A program made the translations under genes and the position numbers. Source: Tubiluchus corallicola (taxonomy: Eukaryota > Animalia > Priapulida). Taken from it: a stretch of 64,000 bases of DNA. The stretch is taken from contig JAQGDQ010000604.1 of assembly GCA_030141605.1 (NCBI GenBank), positions 66,276 through 130,275 on the forward strand, read 5' to 3'. The first letter of the stretch is position 1. Every line of letters starts with the position of its first letter. Positions 1 to 13,873 of the stretch are shown in pieces. The notes below the pieces were generated by a model. The model saw only the letters and a program-made list of their open reading frames with translations. It ran no database searches and was not told the DNA's origin.

Positions 1-1102
1 TCAGCTGTAAATATGTTTCTAACTTTGCAATGTGTATATATTCAGAAAAAAGTAATTACTTTATTTTGCAAGTAAATAATGCATGATTAAATTTTATGTA
101 TATTTTATTAGTTTAAAATTCCTTTTGTAATATATGCTACATGCCTTCAAACACCACGAAATCTCACCTAACTCTAGCAAAGTCTAAGAAAAGAAAAAAT
201 CATAGACAAATAATAATAAACCAATTAAATTAACTTTTAAAACAGTCCAGTACATTCCCATACTATAATTCATAGCATAGTTAGTGTTATAACTATAATA
301 TTATTGCAGTAGTAGAAGACTAATATTACAGTTCATCTAAATACAGCAGTGACTTAACGTAAATTATTTTCTAATCGGTCAAATTTTCTTCTTTATTTGT
401 CTCCTAATTTTCCGCTTTTCACTATCCTGTACTAACGATAACCGTTCACCCATGTTTACGTCTCTTCCACCTTTCAAGCTTTCCGTCAAGCCAGACTTCA
501 GGGGGGACTTGGGACACAATACATTATTCTAACTTTCTTTAAATTATGTACATTATTTAATACTGTAACATTAACTCTATCATGTGGTGTGTAACATGAA
601 ATAAACAAATCTAAATCTTGAATCTAATATGTAAATACTAAACAAGGAGCATTTTGCAATGAAACTTTCATTTTTGCCTGTTACTGAATGCAATATCTGT
701 AGAAATTTAAATTCAAGTGCTGCAAGATTCAACAACTAAGTCCTAATAAGCTAGATGGGCTTTTGAACTGTGTCATAAATTTTTCTATATTACACTTTTT
801 TGATACTTATTTTTTCTTTCAATACTCTCAGTTTTTTTTAACTTTACTCACTAACCTTGGTCAAATTTCCCTGTTAATAAGACCCCATTTGAAACTACTA
901 CATATAATAATCCAAATTACTGAATAATAATTGTATTGTTTTGTTTAGATTTCGGTATCCAACTTTATTATTTTTTTGTTTTCAGTTCTTTTTGGATAAT
1001 TTGAATCATTTATACTGTTTTATTTATTTTTTCTTATTTGTTTTTGTTTTTGTTATCTGCAGCATCACCGTTAGTTTTTAATAGACTAATCTACTTATAA
1101 GA

Positions 1103-1232
1103 AAGGGCAGGAGACTAGATGACCCTATGGTCCTTCCATGCCCTGCTCCATGATTATAATTACTTAATATTTAAAAAACTCTTGATGCTAAACTAATTGG
1201 AAAAAATAAATTTTCTATGTCTATGTCTATGT
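1103..1232 (+). mobile_element. Probable 3' end of an L2/CR1-type LINE or LINE-related SINE
   Basis: GGGCAGGAGACTAGATGACCCTATGGTCCTTCCATGCCC stem-loop, then AATAAA and a short (CTATGT)n tail. A related stem-loop occurs at ~14902 and ~36914. Confidence 0.4.
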
Positions 1233-2583
1233 GTATAGCAAATGACAATCTGTCCAATGTACGGCTGTTTATTACCATTAACTACCTAGAATCATGTGAC
1301 TTGACTTTAAATGCATAGATCTAAAATTGTATTTTTTTATGAAGAATCGAAGTATATCTTTCATGTGTAAATAATTCATCCAACTTTCTACGAAAAAGCG
1401 ATGTTATGAACTTTACATAGATATATTTTAGGTGCAGACGTGCTTATTGAACCTTTCTAAGGCACATTTAAGTAAAAATGCACAACAGATTAAACTTGTA
1501 AAATTTACACAAAAGTAAAAAGAAGAAAACATACATGTCTAGAAGTGATTCAGTGGGTGCAAGAGAAAGGGTTAGTGAGTGAGTTACCCTTAAACAAACT
1601 TATCCAGCAAGAGAGTTTTTTCAAACAGTAAATCAGATGAATTACCATCTTCAAAATCTTTGCATTAACTTATAGTCTCCACTAGCATAATATAACTGAC
1701 AAAATGCCAAAAACTTATGTACAACCGTATTGTCACAATGCAGCACCAACATAAACTTCGAACCAAATCTGGCTGCAATTCGTTAATCTTCATTTTCTGT
1801 TTGCGTTGCTGTTTGCCCTAGACATCGTAGTTATAAGAGGGTTGCAAGACTGCAATCGTTTTGTACTGGTTGCCCATGCACGTGGAGAATAGCATGAGAA
1901 ACTCTGCAGTCACATAACAGGACCACTACCGCATAATTAACTTATAATTAAATTAACTAATAAAATAATACAACTTACTACACCTTGAAAAAAATTAATA
2001 AAGTATTTAATAGATACCGTCGTGTAGCTGCACACTAATTCACGCCGCGAAGTTCAACACAAGTTACATACTGCCGCGTAGACTAATCTTACGAATTCAT
2101 AAATCTAACTCAGATGCAAAATACGACAGAGAGCAAAAATAAAACCTGCAAAGCAAAAAACCTGCATTACGTTTCAGTAAGCTGCATAGAGCTATTGGCG
2201 CAAATTTATTCGCTTCAGTGACTCCATGCTGCTTACATGTTTATTGCAGTGGACCAAGCTCACACGTATGGTACTCACATACTGTTATTATGAGTTCTCT
2301 ACTTCCTAAATCATTCAACTAGAACCGCATAAACCAGCATACAGCCATTACCGTTGCTAAGAGAGGTAGTTGCGCACAATATTTGCGCATCTGTGCAGCA
2401 CATGCGCACGCTTAAAAACTGCAGTGATGAAAAGCAAACAGGGCGAAAGGCCATATTTATTTGTAGGCCCGACAAGCTAGAAACAAAGGGCATAATCTAG
2501 GCCGCTTCGAGTCGATGTCTTTGGTATTGATATAAAGGTTTTCTTATACTAGCAGACGCGCTTTATTAAGTTCCGTTCCGTAG

Positions 2584-2785
<202 letters not shown>

Positions 2786-5367
2786 ATCAATTGAATTATT
2801 TGGAAGTGTGTCGTACCTAAATTATTTAATGTAAATAGGCTACAAGCTGCATTTGCCAGCCCAGACACATGAATACAATTTGTCTGGTCCTAAGCAAACA
2901 ACATCTGACTGTTTAGGTATAACTTTTAAGTTAAGGAATCATTCAAATTAGTTCTTGCACTAAATCAGTTCCGTAACATCGCTGGCATAAGGACATGCAC
3001 CCCAACATCAATAAAATAGTACAAATAGTAGAAGCAGGTAAATGGATATCTAGGGCGCTCATGCTCTCAGGAAAGCTACGTCGCAGGTAGAATTTTCCAG
3101 ATCGATATCTAGGTCGCCCATGCTCTCAGTAAAACTACGTCGTAAGTAGAATTTTCCAGATTGGATGGCCAGACGCAGTGGTTGCAGTTGGCTGCTACGC
3201 TTACTTTCCTAAGACTATTAAGTGAGTACTGCATGTGTTGTTATAACAAAGCAACAATTGAATATACTACTTGCACTTAATAATCAAGTAACATAATGCC
3301 TGCACTACAGGCCACCTTTTAAGTATGTTATCAGCTTCATCAATGCAGTCGTTGCCGTCGTCGCTGTCGTAAATGTCATTCGTTTTTTATGTGACAGGGT
3401 TTGGGTTCAAGAAACAGTGCAAAACGAGACAAAATTTGGTAAGACACAATCTGTTTAACTGTTTATTTGAATTCATGATCAATGGCTGGTTGTGAGCAGA
3501 TTTATTTTAGAGCTTGTCTAGTTTTAGCACAACACACTGAATGTCTTACAGTTGCATTGTAATTCAATTTTCGCTTTCGCAAACACGTACAACACGCTTG
3601 CGGAATGTTGTTGCTTTTGAAAATTATGTTCGTTTGTGATGTCATCAATAGTTGGGCTCACCGCCGTTAATTAAGATCTTAATCTCTTATTTAATTATCA
3701 GAAACGCTTTTGCAGTATTAATTGCGTTAACATGTTTATCGGGCTTGAAAATGGGGTAATGTATGAAAAATCGTCGTGTCTTCCTTTAATATTAGTTAAG
3801 CTACTTTACTTTTATGCTATGACAGTAAACAAGCGTGATGACATTTAGAACATGAAGGGGAAGCAATAGATGCGGTAACGGTACATCCAGAGGCCAAGCG
3901 GACCTTATTGCACCACTGCGGCCAAAGTCATCAGAAATGCAAACTGTTGGATTTCAGTTCTCGAGATCAACTCTAGTTTTATTTCTTGTCATGTAGTTTG
4001 TGGTTGAAAGCCTGTACAGGCTCGTTTGATTTTATTCGCCAACCTTAGTTGAAATTTTTTCAATATCATTTTTTATATATAGTCCCATAAACAAATTGGT
4101 GGACCCATAAGAGGAAACTTACAATTAAGATTTTGTAATACATGTAGCAAAGTCTTCTTGATTCTTGTGCAGTTATTTATTCATTTATGGGCAGCCCTGG
4201 GGGGGGGGGGGGTGAACAGCAGCAGTAGCTCTGATCAAGGGATCTGGGGCAGCGGGCGTCGTTCCGTTTTTCCATTAGTTCGCATCTCCTCCCGGCGCTT
4301 TTATTTGTTTTAGTTTTTTCACAAGTAGTCAGGTTTTGTGAGCGGGTGTAGATGTCCGAAAGGGGCCATAACATAAAGCCGGGGTACATCTCTTGGTGAC
4401 CTTTAGACGCATAAAATCAGGGACACAAAATTTACAGGGCACATTTCTTGGGCCAAGGAAACTATGTTTACATGCGACCCGAAAATGTCAGGTCTAAGGT
4501 CACGGAGTGGGTGACTCTTCAATTATTTTTCACTAAATTTTACAACCGATTTCACTGCCATGTATGAAAGATAATCATCTAAATTGACGTATTGCTGCTA
4601 CGAAATTATTTTAAAGAATTATGACGATTTAAGTTGTAAGAGGATTTGCTCTGGCGACTCACAATCAGGGCGACTGAAATTACGGTGCTCCTTCAGACGA
4701 AGTCACCCTCTAATTTGCTCGCACTGGTCTTGAATATTTCTTACTTGTGATGTATTTTAGCAACATTGGGGCTCCATATTTAAAATAAAGGGCTTCAAAG
4801 AGGGGTCCTTGTCTCAAATAAAGAGCCTCCAACAGAGATCCTTTACCTCAAATACGGAGCCGCTTTAAAATTGGATTTTCAGACCATTTTTAAGGCGAGC
4901 AGTTAAACACAAGCTTTCGGGTACCCTTAGGCTGCAGCCTACATTAGCCTATTATAGGGTAATCCAACCCGATTATACACATTAGACAGTGCATTCGTAC
5001 ACTCATGATTGGACTTTAATGGCCTAGTAAATGCTGATAGGCTATATACGTGTAGTTTTGGCTAAGGCTTTCCGAAATGAAACAATGTTGTTTGAACCTT
5101 GAAATCTGAATTATATTTTTGTTAGTAGTTTGACACCTAAAAACAATGTGCCAATTCTGCCCAAAGTCTTCGTTGATTAAATAGTTACCTAGTTTTCTTG
5201 CATTTAACTATTTAAAACATTTAGACAATATCATTTATACAACTAAAGTCAATTAAGTTGCCAATGCAAAGCTGCAAGTTTGTGTGGCGTTGGGAATTCC
5301 TGCATTCTTGCGTTTATTTCAAATTTATAGATAAATGTGTTTATACTGTATTTTGATACTAAACATA

Positions 5368-5683
5368 CAGTCAACCCTCGTTAAACCAGACTAACTGGGG
5401 GGGGGGGGTCCGGTTTAGCCGATATGCCTATATATCGTCTATATTATACAGGAATAATCACCTTAATAAGGCCTATATACATTGCACTATATACTGTGCA
5501 CTATATAATATACTGTATATTACTTTAAAATAGTTAACCTGTGAGGATAAAGAACAGTTGGTAGGCCGTGTTGTGTTTAGCGCTCGGGCTCGGACGGAAA
5601 TCGGTCAGTTTCCTTTACCACGGATGACGTCCGTCTTATCCGATATCCGGGCTAACGGGGTCCGGTTTAACGAGGGTCGACTG
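5368..5683. mobile_element. Tc1/mariner-pogo-type MITE, family A, copy 1
   Basis: TIRs CAGTCAACCCTCGTTAAACC ... GGTTTAACGAGGGTCGACTG. TA on the left, CA on the right. Near-identical copy at 49330-49656. Confidence 0.9.
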
Positions 5684-5889
5684 CATTTAGGAAATAAAAT
5701 AGCGTTATTGAAATAACAATTTTCAGTGCTACATTTCTATCGGTGAAATAGAAAGACGGTATCCTTGAGAATCATTATTTTCAATATTTTAACTATCCAG
5801 AAGTAACACAACCTTTCTAGCTCCTAACTGACGTAGGAAAAAGAGACGAGTGACCAAACATTTACACACTTTCAATCCGTCATTTTCAG

Positions 5890-6079
5890 AGAATAATCCG
5901 CCTCCTACCACCGTAACAGTGACGCAAACTACTACCCCCTGCCACCCTACGCCAAGCTTGCCGATGGCGGGTCAGAAGAACGTGGGCTTCCCATGCAAGG
6001 ATACCCTAGTCAAAACACCGTTATCCAGGCTCCTGCACAGGTGATCACGCACGGATATCCGTCGGGACCAGTTACAGTG
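5890..6079 (+). pseudogene. LITAF/CDIP1-like N-terminal exon (proline-rich, LPPY motif), apparently frameshifted, with no downstream exons found
   Basis: ttttcAG acceptor at 5889 and GTAACT donor at 6080. Reads ENNPP[frameshift]YHRNSDANYYPLPPYAKLADGGSEERGLPMQGYPSQNTVIQAPAQVITHGYPSGPVTV, which resembles the PPxY-rich region preceding the LITAF CxxC. The CxxC exon was not found. Confidence 0.45.
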
Positions 6080-6155
6080 GTAACTATATGTGCCTCATAT
6101 AGCATCTCAGCTAAACTCTTGCTTTAATTAAAAATGTCATAAGCAGTTATAATAC

Positions 6156-7422
6156 TATCACCTTCTAATTTTCAAATGCCTAATGTTGCTGTTAATCTAG
6201 ATCGTATAGTGTAAGGTGACTTAAATCTATGTATCGTATAGATTGAATTTTAATGTGTTCGCTTAACTCCTAAATGCTATAAGGTGAATCCTTCACCTGA
6301 CTCCGAGAGCTTTGGATATCAGTCTAGTAAGCAATGATCGTCTTATCTAAACTTCACCTTGACCTTCGCGTTGTGAGAAAGGTCTATATCTCTCAAGTTT
6401 CCTAGCTATGTCCCCGCAATATGGACGATAGTTAATGCAAAGCGAACTAATCAGATTCGTATATCGGAAATAGTGTTGCTTGAGTTAAACACTGATAATA
6501 TACATTAACTCAATTGTTAAATGTCCAAGAGAATTGTTTTATTGATTTACAATAATTACTGCTTAAGTATATCTTACAAGATTTAGTCCTTAAGCGCTTT
6601 TGACGCTCACAACTATTTTGTTAGCTTCTCAAAAGTACCTCTCTGAACAATTCTTACACTTATTCTCACTATAGTACAATGTGAACTTATAAGAACTACT
6701 AACGATATGCACAGTTAATTCTCAGTTTTACCAATATGTTAAGAGTACTTAACTCTGCGGAGTTGACCCAATGTACAATACAATATGGTCAATTCCGATA
6801 GTTGATACAAGATTTCTCGTCGGCTCAGTGCCCAGATTATCCTAGGAACGCAGAAAGATGTCTACGCTGAACTTCAGGAGTTGTCTTGTTGATCGAAATA
6901 ACCTTCTGTGTGTTTTACCGTACACACAGCACGTGTCTCCTCCAATACGATCGGGTGGAACGAGCGCTGGGTTATTCGAACCCGGGGCTTATATTTCATT
7001 GAGGTAACCTTGCAGTAACCTTGCACAATTTCTGCGTCGTATGAAGCAACAAAATTTATGGGACAAGTTTTGAAGACGCAGTCATTATACGCCCGTAAAA
7101 CGTATCCGTGTTCTTTCTTCAAAAAACAACGACCTCGCAGAGTTTTGTTAATTAGTAGCAATTTGTGCATAACGCTCATTATGAACGGTACATCCGTCTC
7201 GACTTAATGTTAGCTAATTATCTTAAGCATCTTAGAGTGTCCTGACGTAAACGCTATTTTTAGTTCTGACAACCTACGCTGTTTACAGTTCATTAAATCC
7301 GGGCTTTTCAGCTGAGTGAGTTCCTTATCGCACGATCTGTAAATTTATTCATGCAATCAGGGAGGCAGGCAACCTTATACCAAAATATCGAAAATCATCG
7401 ATTTATAAATTTATTCACCACA
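6156..7422 (-). repeat. 3' LTR (1267 bp)
   Basis: Direct repeat of 10980-12245 with roughly 15 differences by eye. Minus-strand termini are TGTGG...TGATA. Confidence 0.92.
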
Positions 7423-7435
7423 ACTTTCCTCCCCT
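7423..7435 (-). other. Polypurine tract
   Basis: Minus strand AGGGGAGGAAAGT directly abuts the TG start of the 3' LTR. Confidence 0.85.
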
Positions 7436-7939
7436 AACACTCACCTCAGATGTAGCACGAATTTAATGATCTGATCTAAGATCTTAACTTTTGGAAGCTC
7501 CTTAATTAGATACATTAGCAACATTACATGTTACATCTTAATATTATTATGGGACATTCCATCTTGGAGGTCATGGTGGCGGGATACCATTGTCCATCGG
7601 GTCTTTCCGACTTCCTGGACCGGGGTTGTGATTCCACTGATCTCCTGAGATTCTTCCTCAGATACCCCTTATTGTCTTTTCCGACTTCATCTTCTTCCCG
7701 CCTTCCATTTCCAATGATCCCATCCTTCTGTAACATAAAATACATTCTGCAGTATCATAAGTTCATCATGTACAATTATTTACATCGATCCCTTTAAACC
7801 TAATTGGGTGGTTTCTCTACCATCATCCAATGTTACCAGCCTGTTATGTATGGCTTCATTTGCCATCAACTTTTCATTAAATCGACCCTCTCGTTATCTC
7901 CAGACCGTCTTGTGGGCGCTTAAGTTGGCCAATATTAGG

Positions 7940-8480
7940 TCATCTAGGGTCGTCAAAGTCTGTCTTGTCAAAGTCTGTCCCGTCTTGGACCGCTGGTAGG
8001 TTCATATATTCAGGGATCCTATCTACCATACCAGGAGTTAAGTCCTGTAATTCACTCAACTCTCTATAGAACCTCTCAATCATCTCACTCATCGGCAACT
8101 CAATTTGGTCTTCTTTCAACCGTATTTGTGAGTTCCGGTAATAACAGGTGGGTAGCTCAAAAGACCTCGAGTGTACCTTACACCCATTCCCAATGATTAT
8201 TAATTTAGGTTCTTTAATCCTCTCTTCTGAGGATGTTATTCTATTAATTCCACGGGGCTTGAACAGGTATATGTAATCAAAGTCTCACTAAATGGAGATA
8301 CATACCAAGTCCCGGCAGTAATATGGTCACAACTACCTCTGGGTGTTTTATTGCTTTTACCCTACGCTCGCAGGCTTTTAATGTCTTATCAGGCCGGTTA
8401 TGAAACAACACGGCTGGACATGCCGTTGCGTAAGCAGTTGACCTTACTGGTACTTTTAATTGGCACCGTTCTCTACTCTT
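7940..8480 (-). pseudogene. Frameshifted env remnant resembling baculovirus F / errantivirus env
   Basis: Minus-strand translation across 2 frameshifts: RCQLKVPVRSTAYATACPAVLFHNRPDKTLKACERRV...HITAGTWYVSPFSETLITYTC...RITSSEERIKEPKLIIIGNGCKVHSRSFELP. Cys/Trp spacing is like the F-protein cysteine-rich region, and it lies upstream of the PPT. Confidence 0.6.
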
Positions 8481-9886
8481 CAGGTTAGGGAGGGCTTTCC
8501 TCCCCCTAGAGTGGCCCTAACCTCTTTCATGAAATTAGTAAGCTATTAAGTTCTAGCCTTACTATTCATTCCTTAGATCAGCTGCGCGTAGGCAGGTATT
8601 AGTTCTCGATCCAATTAGAGATCAAGCATATCAAGAGTTCATAACTACACTAATCCGCTCGCTAACAGCTCTTGATCTATCTTTAAATTTTTCTCGCTTG
8701 CATTGCCTTCAATTCCATTTGAATCAAGGTCTTTTCTCTTTGAACAGTCCAACTGTTCCCTTCATACTCAGTAAGCATTTCTTAATCTTACTTTTATTTA
8801 ACCAATTCGCTGCGCCTGTGCGGAATGTTAGTTCTCAACCCAATACGGCTAAGTATATTTAGACTAACCCGCTTGCGTACAGCGCGAGTTCTACCTGAAC
8901 TCTTACAATATAGTGTGTTTAGCTACCGTGTGTCAAAATACACACTCTTTCCCTTTAATCTGCGCGCGATTCACATACCACCACAGGGTACCGTTCGAGA
9001 CCTATGCCTTAGCAGCAAATTGTGCCTCTTATTCACCAATAAGCTCCTGGTGGGTGAACTGTACCTCTGGCAGCATTCTATTTTAATATGGGTCGAGTTC
9101 TAATTATCTGCACTGTCTGTTCCTTTCTTGTTTACTCCCAGTAAACGTTTTCCTATGCGACCTAGCTATTGATTCTTCTATTATTTGTCCCGCTCTAATG
9201 GATCCAATCAGAACGGACAGGCTCCAGCCACCTTTAGTTCCCCTTTTTACTCTTATTTAACTGGATATCCCTTACGGTTCTCTCTCTAACCTCTACATGT
9301 AGCACTTTCACTTTCATTTAAACACCTTGCAGCAATGTGTTAATGGCCTTGTTGTAAACCTTTTCATTTAACTTTTACTCAATATACTACTTATAGTATT
9401 ACTTTATTTATAGCTTTTCTGCCATTACTCGTTACTCTCCGTACATTATCTTACCAATAAATTCTTATAAGAGCTCTTAATCTCCTGCTTATTTAATGTA
9501 CGTTTGATAGGTTCAAGCTGCGAGGAATGGCTCACTATTTTGTGAAAACAATCTTAGCACAGCGTCCCATGCCAGGGGTTGAGATCACTCAGAGACGCCA
9601 TCCGTCGCCGGGAGAGTAGGTTAGTTCACAACTTAACTTGACTGACCCTCCTAGAACTCTATGTTTACCTTTTACTTTTACGCTGCAACTTGGGAACTCT
9701 GGGCGCTAGATGTCACTAGTGCCTATCTATTGCTACTTAAGCTCTAATATAGTTCGGCTGGCTCTTTACTAAACATTTCCATTATTTTCGAATCAAGCCT
9801 CTAGATTAAATTTCCCATTAATCTTCTAGGTCATTTTAATATATTCATCGTGCAGACACTCGTTGCCCATTTCGCTAAACACTTCC

Positions 9887-10632
9887 TTAATAGGGCGACC
9901 AGCGTTTCCAAACGCTGAGCCACCTCACAGTTTTAACAGAGCCGATCTCTCTGCTAACTGCCATGCCCTCGGGGGCTACTAAGCTATTATCTTTATTACT
10001 GAGTATTCTATTCCTACTTACTACAGCAATAATTCTCCCTGTTCTCGCATTCTCACGACTTTTACTACTGTTTACCATCTTGCAATTTTTACAACCATTT
10101 TCACTAGTTAATTTCCTATCATTCGCAGCGCCGCCTATCTCCTTCAAATAAGCTTCGCTCCGGACGGGGGAGACGGCCCGTCGGGAGCCTAATGGTTTAA
10201 CTGACGGCCTACTCCGGCAGGCCGAAGCCACTGCCTGAGGGCTGGTCCATTTCTGGGAGGATTTCTTCCCACCGGATACTGTTTACCCTGGCGGTTCTCG
10301 GGAACCGTTTTCCTATTCTCAGGGGGACCTTGTTCAGGTCCTTTAGTAACTCGGGGAAGTAGTTGGCACACTGGGCCTTCGCTCTCTAATTCAGAGCCTA
10401 TTTGGTCGCTCTCCATGGGCGTCTCCACTCGCAGGTGATGCGCCACATGTCGACTCTTTAATCTCGTAATCTCATGATTATTCTCATCCTCCCTTTTCTT
10501 CTGCCTCTGATTCTTTAAAAATGTTACAAATTGAGACCAATTCATTCTCTCTACCAGAGGGTTTTCCTCAGTTCTCAACAAGCCTGAGCTAATAACAGGA
10601 GGGTTCGACATATTTTTCGCAACTAGGCGCAA
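9887..10632 (-). pseudogene. Possible degenerate gag-position ORFs of the LTR element
   Basis: Overlapping minus-strand ORFs (147 and 114 aa) start ~330 bp after the PBS. No diagnostic motif recognised, so the call is positional only. Confidence 0.3.
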
Positions 10633-10958
10633 TTAACAAAATTCTCTTCAATACAATAACTCGGCTGTTAACACCTTTGACAATACAAAAACCACTCACC
10701 AATTGGTTGAGGGGGTTCCAACGTCGTTCTGGTGCTGCCTTCAGATCCGTTACCAGGGCGGTAATTACTTTCCAATTGTCGAATATCCTCAAGGCTTGTT
10801 CTAACTTTCACTCTCAGTTCTCCGTTGCGGTTGTTTATAGTCGTGATTCCTCTGAGAATAACGTACTTATCGTATATACAAGTTCACAATGTTTACAAAA
10901 TTCCGAACCTTAATTAAAGTTACAAAATATTGCAAGTACTAAATAGCAAAACACTAAA

Positions 10959-10977
10959 ATCCGCTATCACGGCACCA
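10959..10977 (-). other. Primer binding site (tRNA-His type)
   Basis: Minus strand TGGTGCCGTGATAGCGGAT begins 2 nt after the 5' LTR. It matches the tRNA-His 3'-end complement TGGTGCCGTGACTCGGAT. Confidence 0.85.
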
Positions 10978-10979
10978 GT

Positions 10980-12245
10980 TATCACCTTCTAATTTTCAAA
11001 TGCCTAATGTTTCTGTTAATCTAGATCGTATAGTGTAAGGTGACTTAAATCTATGTATCGTATAGATTGAATTTTAATGTGTTCGCTTAACTCCTAAATG
11101 CTATAAGGTGAATCCTTCACCTGACTCCGAGAGCTTTGGATATCAGTCTAGTAAGCAATGATCGTCTTATCTAAACTTCACCTTGACCTTCGCGTTGTGA
11201 GAAAGGTCTATATCTCTCAAGTTTCCTAGCTATGTCCCCGCAATATGGACGATAGTTAATACAAAGCGAACTAATCAGATTCGTATATCGGAAATAGTGT
11301 TGCTTGAGTTAAACACTGATAATATACATTAACTCAATTGTTAAATGTCCAAGAGAATTGTTTTATTGATTTACAATAATTACTGCTTAAGTATATCTTA
11401 CAAGATTTAGTCCTTAAGCGCTTTTGACGCTCACAACTATTTTGTTAGCTTCTCAAAAGTACCTCTCTGAACAATTCTTACACTTATTCTCACTATAGTA
11501 CAATGTGAACTTATAAGAACTACTAACGATATGCACAGTTAATTCTCAGTTTTACCAATATGTTAAGAGTACTTAACTCTGCGGAGTTGACCCAATGTAT
11601 AATACAATTTGGTCAATTCCGATAGCTGATACAAGATTTCTCGTCGGCTCAGTGCCCAGATTATCCTAGGAACGCAGAAAGATGTCTACGCTGAACTTCA
11701 GGAGTTGTCTTGTTGATCGAATCGCCTTCTGTGTGTTTTACCGTACACACAGCACGTGTCTCCTCCAATACGATCGGGTGGAACGAGCGCTGGGTTATTC
11801 GAACCCGGGGCTTATATTTCATTGAGGTAACCTTGCAGTAACCTTGCACAATTTCTGCGTCGTATGAAGCAACAAAATTTATGGGACAAGTTTTGAAGAC
11901 GCAGTCATTATACGCCCGTAAAACGTATCCGTGTTCTTTCTTCAAAAACCAACGACCTCGCAGAGTTTTGTTAATTACTAGCAATCTGTGCATAACGCTC
12001 ATTATGAACGGTACATCCGTCTCGACTTAATGTTAGCTAATTATCTTAAGCATCTTAGAGTGTCCTGACGTAAACGCTATTCTTAGTTCTGACATCCTAC
12101 GCAGTTTACAGTTCATTAAATCCGGGCTTTTCAGCTGAGTGAGTTCCTTATCGCACGATCTGTAAATTTATTCATGCAATCAGGGAGGCAGGCAACCTTA
12201 TACCAAAATATCGAAAATCATCGATTTATAAATTTATTCACCACA
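10980..12245 (-). repeat. 5' LTR (1266 bp)
   Basis: Direct repeat of 6156-7422, adjacent to the PBS. Confidence 0.92.
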
Positions 12246-13873
12246 ACTTGCTTTAACTCTCTTTGGCTTGCTTTAACTCTCTTTTGCCTTGCTTTTCTCT
12301 CTTTGACTTACTTTAACTCCCTTTGACTTGCTTTAACTTTCTTTTGACTTACTTTAACTCCCTTTGATTTGCTTTAACTTTCTTTTGACTTGCTTTAACT
12401 CCCTTTGACTTGCTTTAACTTTCTTTGACTTGCTTTAACTCTCTTTTGCCTTGCTTTTACGCTCTTCGACTTGCTTTTCTCTCTTTGACTTGCTTTTCTC
12501 TCTTTGACTTGCTTTAACTCCCTTTGGCTTGCTTTTACTCTCTTTGACATGCTTTAACACTCTTTGACTTGCTTTAACTCCCTTTGACTTGCTTTAACTC
12601 TCTTTGACTTGCTTTAACTCTCCTTTGACTTGCTTTAACTCTCTTTGACTTGCTTTAACTCCCTTTGACTTGCTTTTCTCTCTTTGACTTGCTTTTCTCT
12701 CTTTGACTTGCTTTAACTCCCTTTGACTTGCTTTTCTCTCTTTGACTTGCTTTAACTCCCTTTGACTTGCTTTTACTCTCTTTGACTTGCTTTAACTCTC
12801 TTTGACTTGCTTTAACTCTCTTTTGCCTTGCTTTTACTCTCTTTGACTTGCTTTAACTCCCTTTGACTTGCTTTTACTCTCTTTGACTTGCTTTAACTCC
12901 CGTTGACTTGCTTTTCTCTCTTTGACTTGCTTTTCTCTCTTTGACTTGCTTTAACTCTCTTTTGACTTGCTTTTACTCTCTTTGACTTGCTTTTACTCTC
13001 TTTGACTTGCTTTAACTCCCTTTGACTTGCTTTTACTCTCTTTGACTTGCTTTAACTCTCTTTTGACTTGCTTTAACTCCCGTTGACTTGCTTTTCTCTC
13101 TTTGACTTGCTTTTCTCTCTTTGACTTGCTTTAACTCTCTTTTGACTTGCTTTTACTCTCTTTGACTTGCTTTAACTCTCTTTGACTTGCTTTAACTCCC
13201 TTTGACTTGCTTTTCTCTCTTTGACTTGCTTTAACTCTCTTTTGACTTGCTTTTACTCTCTTTGACTTGCTTTAACTCCCGTTGACTTGCTTTTCTCTCT
13301 TTGACTTGCTTTTCTCTCTTTGACTTGCTTTAACTCTCTTTTGACTTGCTTTTACTCTCTTTGACTTGCTTTAACTCTCTTTGACATGCTTTAACTCTCT
13401 TTGACTTGCTTTAACTCCCTTTGACTTGCTTTTACTCTCTTTGACTTGCTTTAACTCCCTTTGACTTGCTTTTCTCTCTTTGACTTGCTTTAACTCCCTT
13501 TGACTTGCTTTTCTCTCTTTGACTTGCTTTTCTCTCTTTGACTTGCTTTAACTCCCTTTGACTTGCTTTTACTCTCTTTGACTTGCTTTAACTCTCTTTG
13601 ACTTGCTTTAACTCTCTTTTGCCTTGCTTTTACTCTCTTTGACTTGCTTTAACTCCCTTTGACTTGCTTTTACTCTCTTTGACTTGCTTTAACTCCCGTT
13701 GACTTGCTTTTCTCTCTTTGACTTGCTTTTCTCTCTTTGACTTGCTTTAACTCTCTTTTGACTTGCTTTAACTCCCTTTGACTTGCTTTTCTCTCTTTGA
13801 CTTGCTTTAACTCCCTTTGACTTGCTTTACTCTCTTTGACTTGCTTTAACTCCCTTTGACTTGCTTTACTCTC
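12246..13873. repeat. Minisatellite, 19-21-bp unit GACTTGCTTTAACTCTCTTT
   Basis: About 80 tandem copies starting at the LTR edge. Confidence 0.97.

Larger units (their letters stand above)
6156..12245 (-). mobile_element. Non-autonomous Gypsy/errantivirus-like LTR retroelement
   Basis: Two ~99% identical direct repeats (6156-7422 and 10980-12245), a PBS, a PPT, degenerate internal ORFs and an env remnant. No RT, RNase H or integrase motifs seen. Confidence 0.9.

Noticed and set aside
6874-7179. 101/113-aa ORFs duplicated at 11661-12002
   Set aside because: They lie inside the LTRs, have non-ATG starts, differ by a frameshift and show no recognisable motif.
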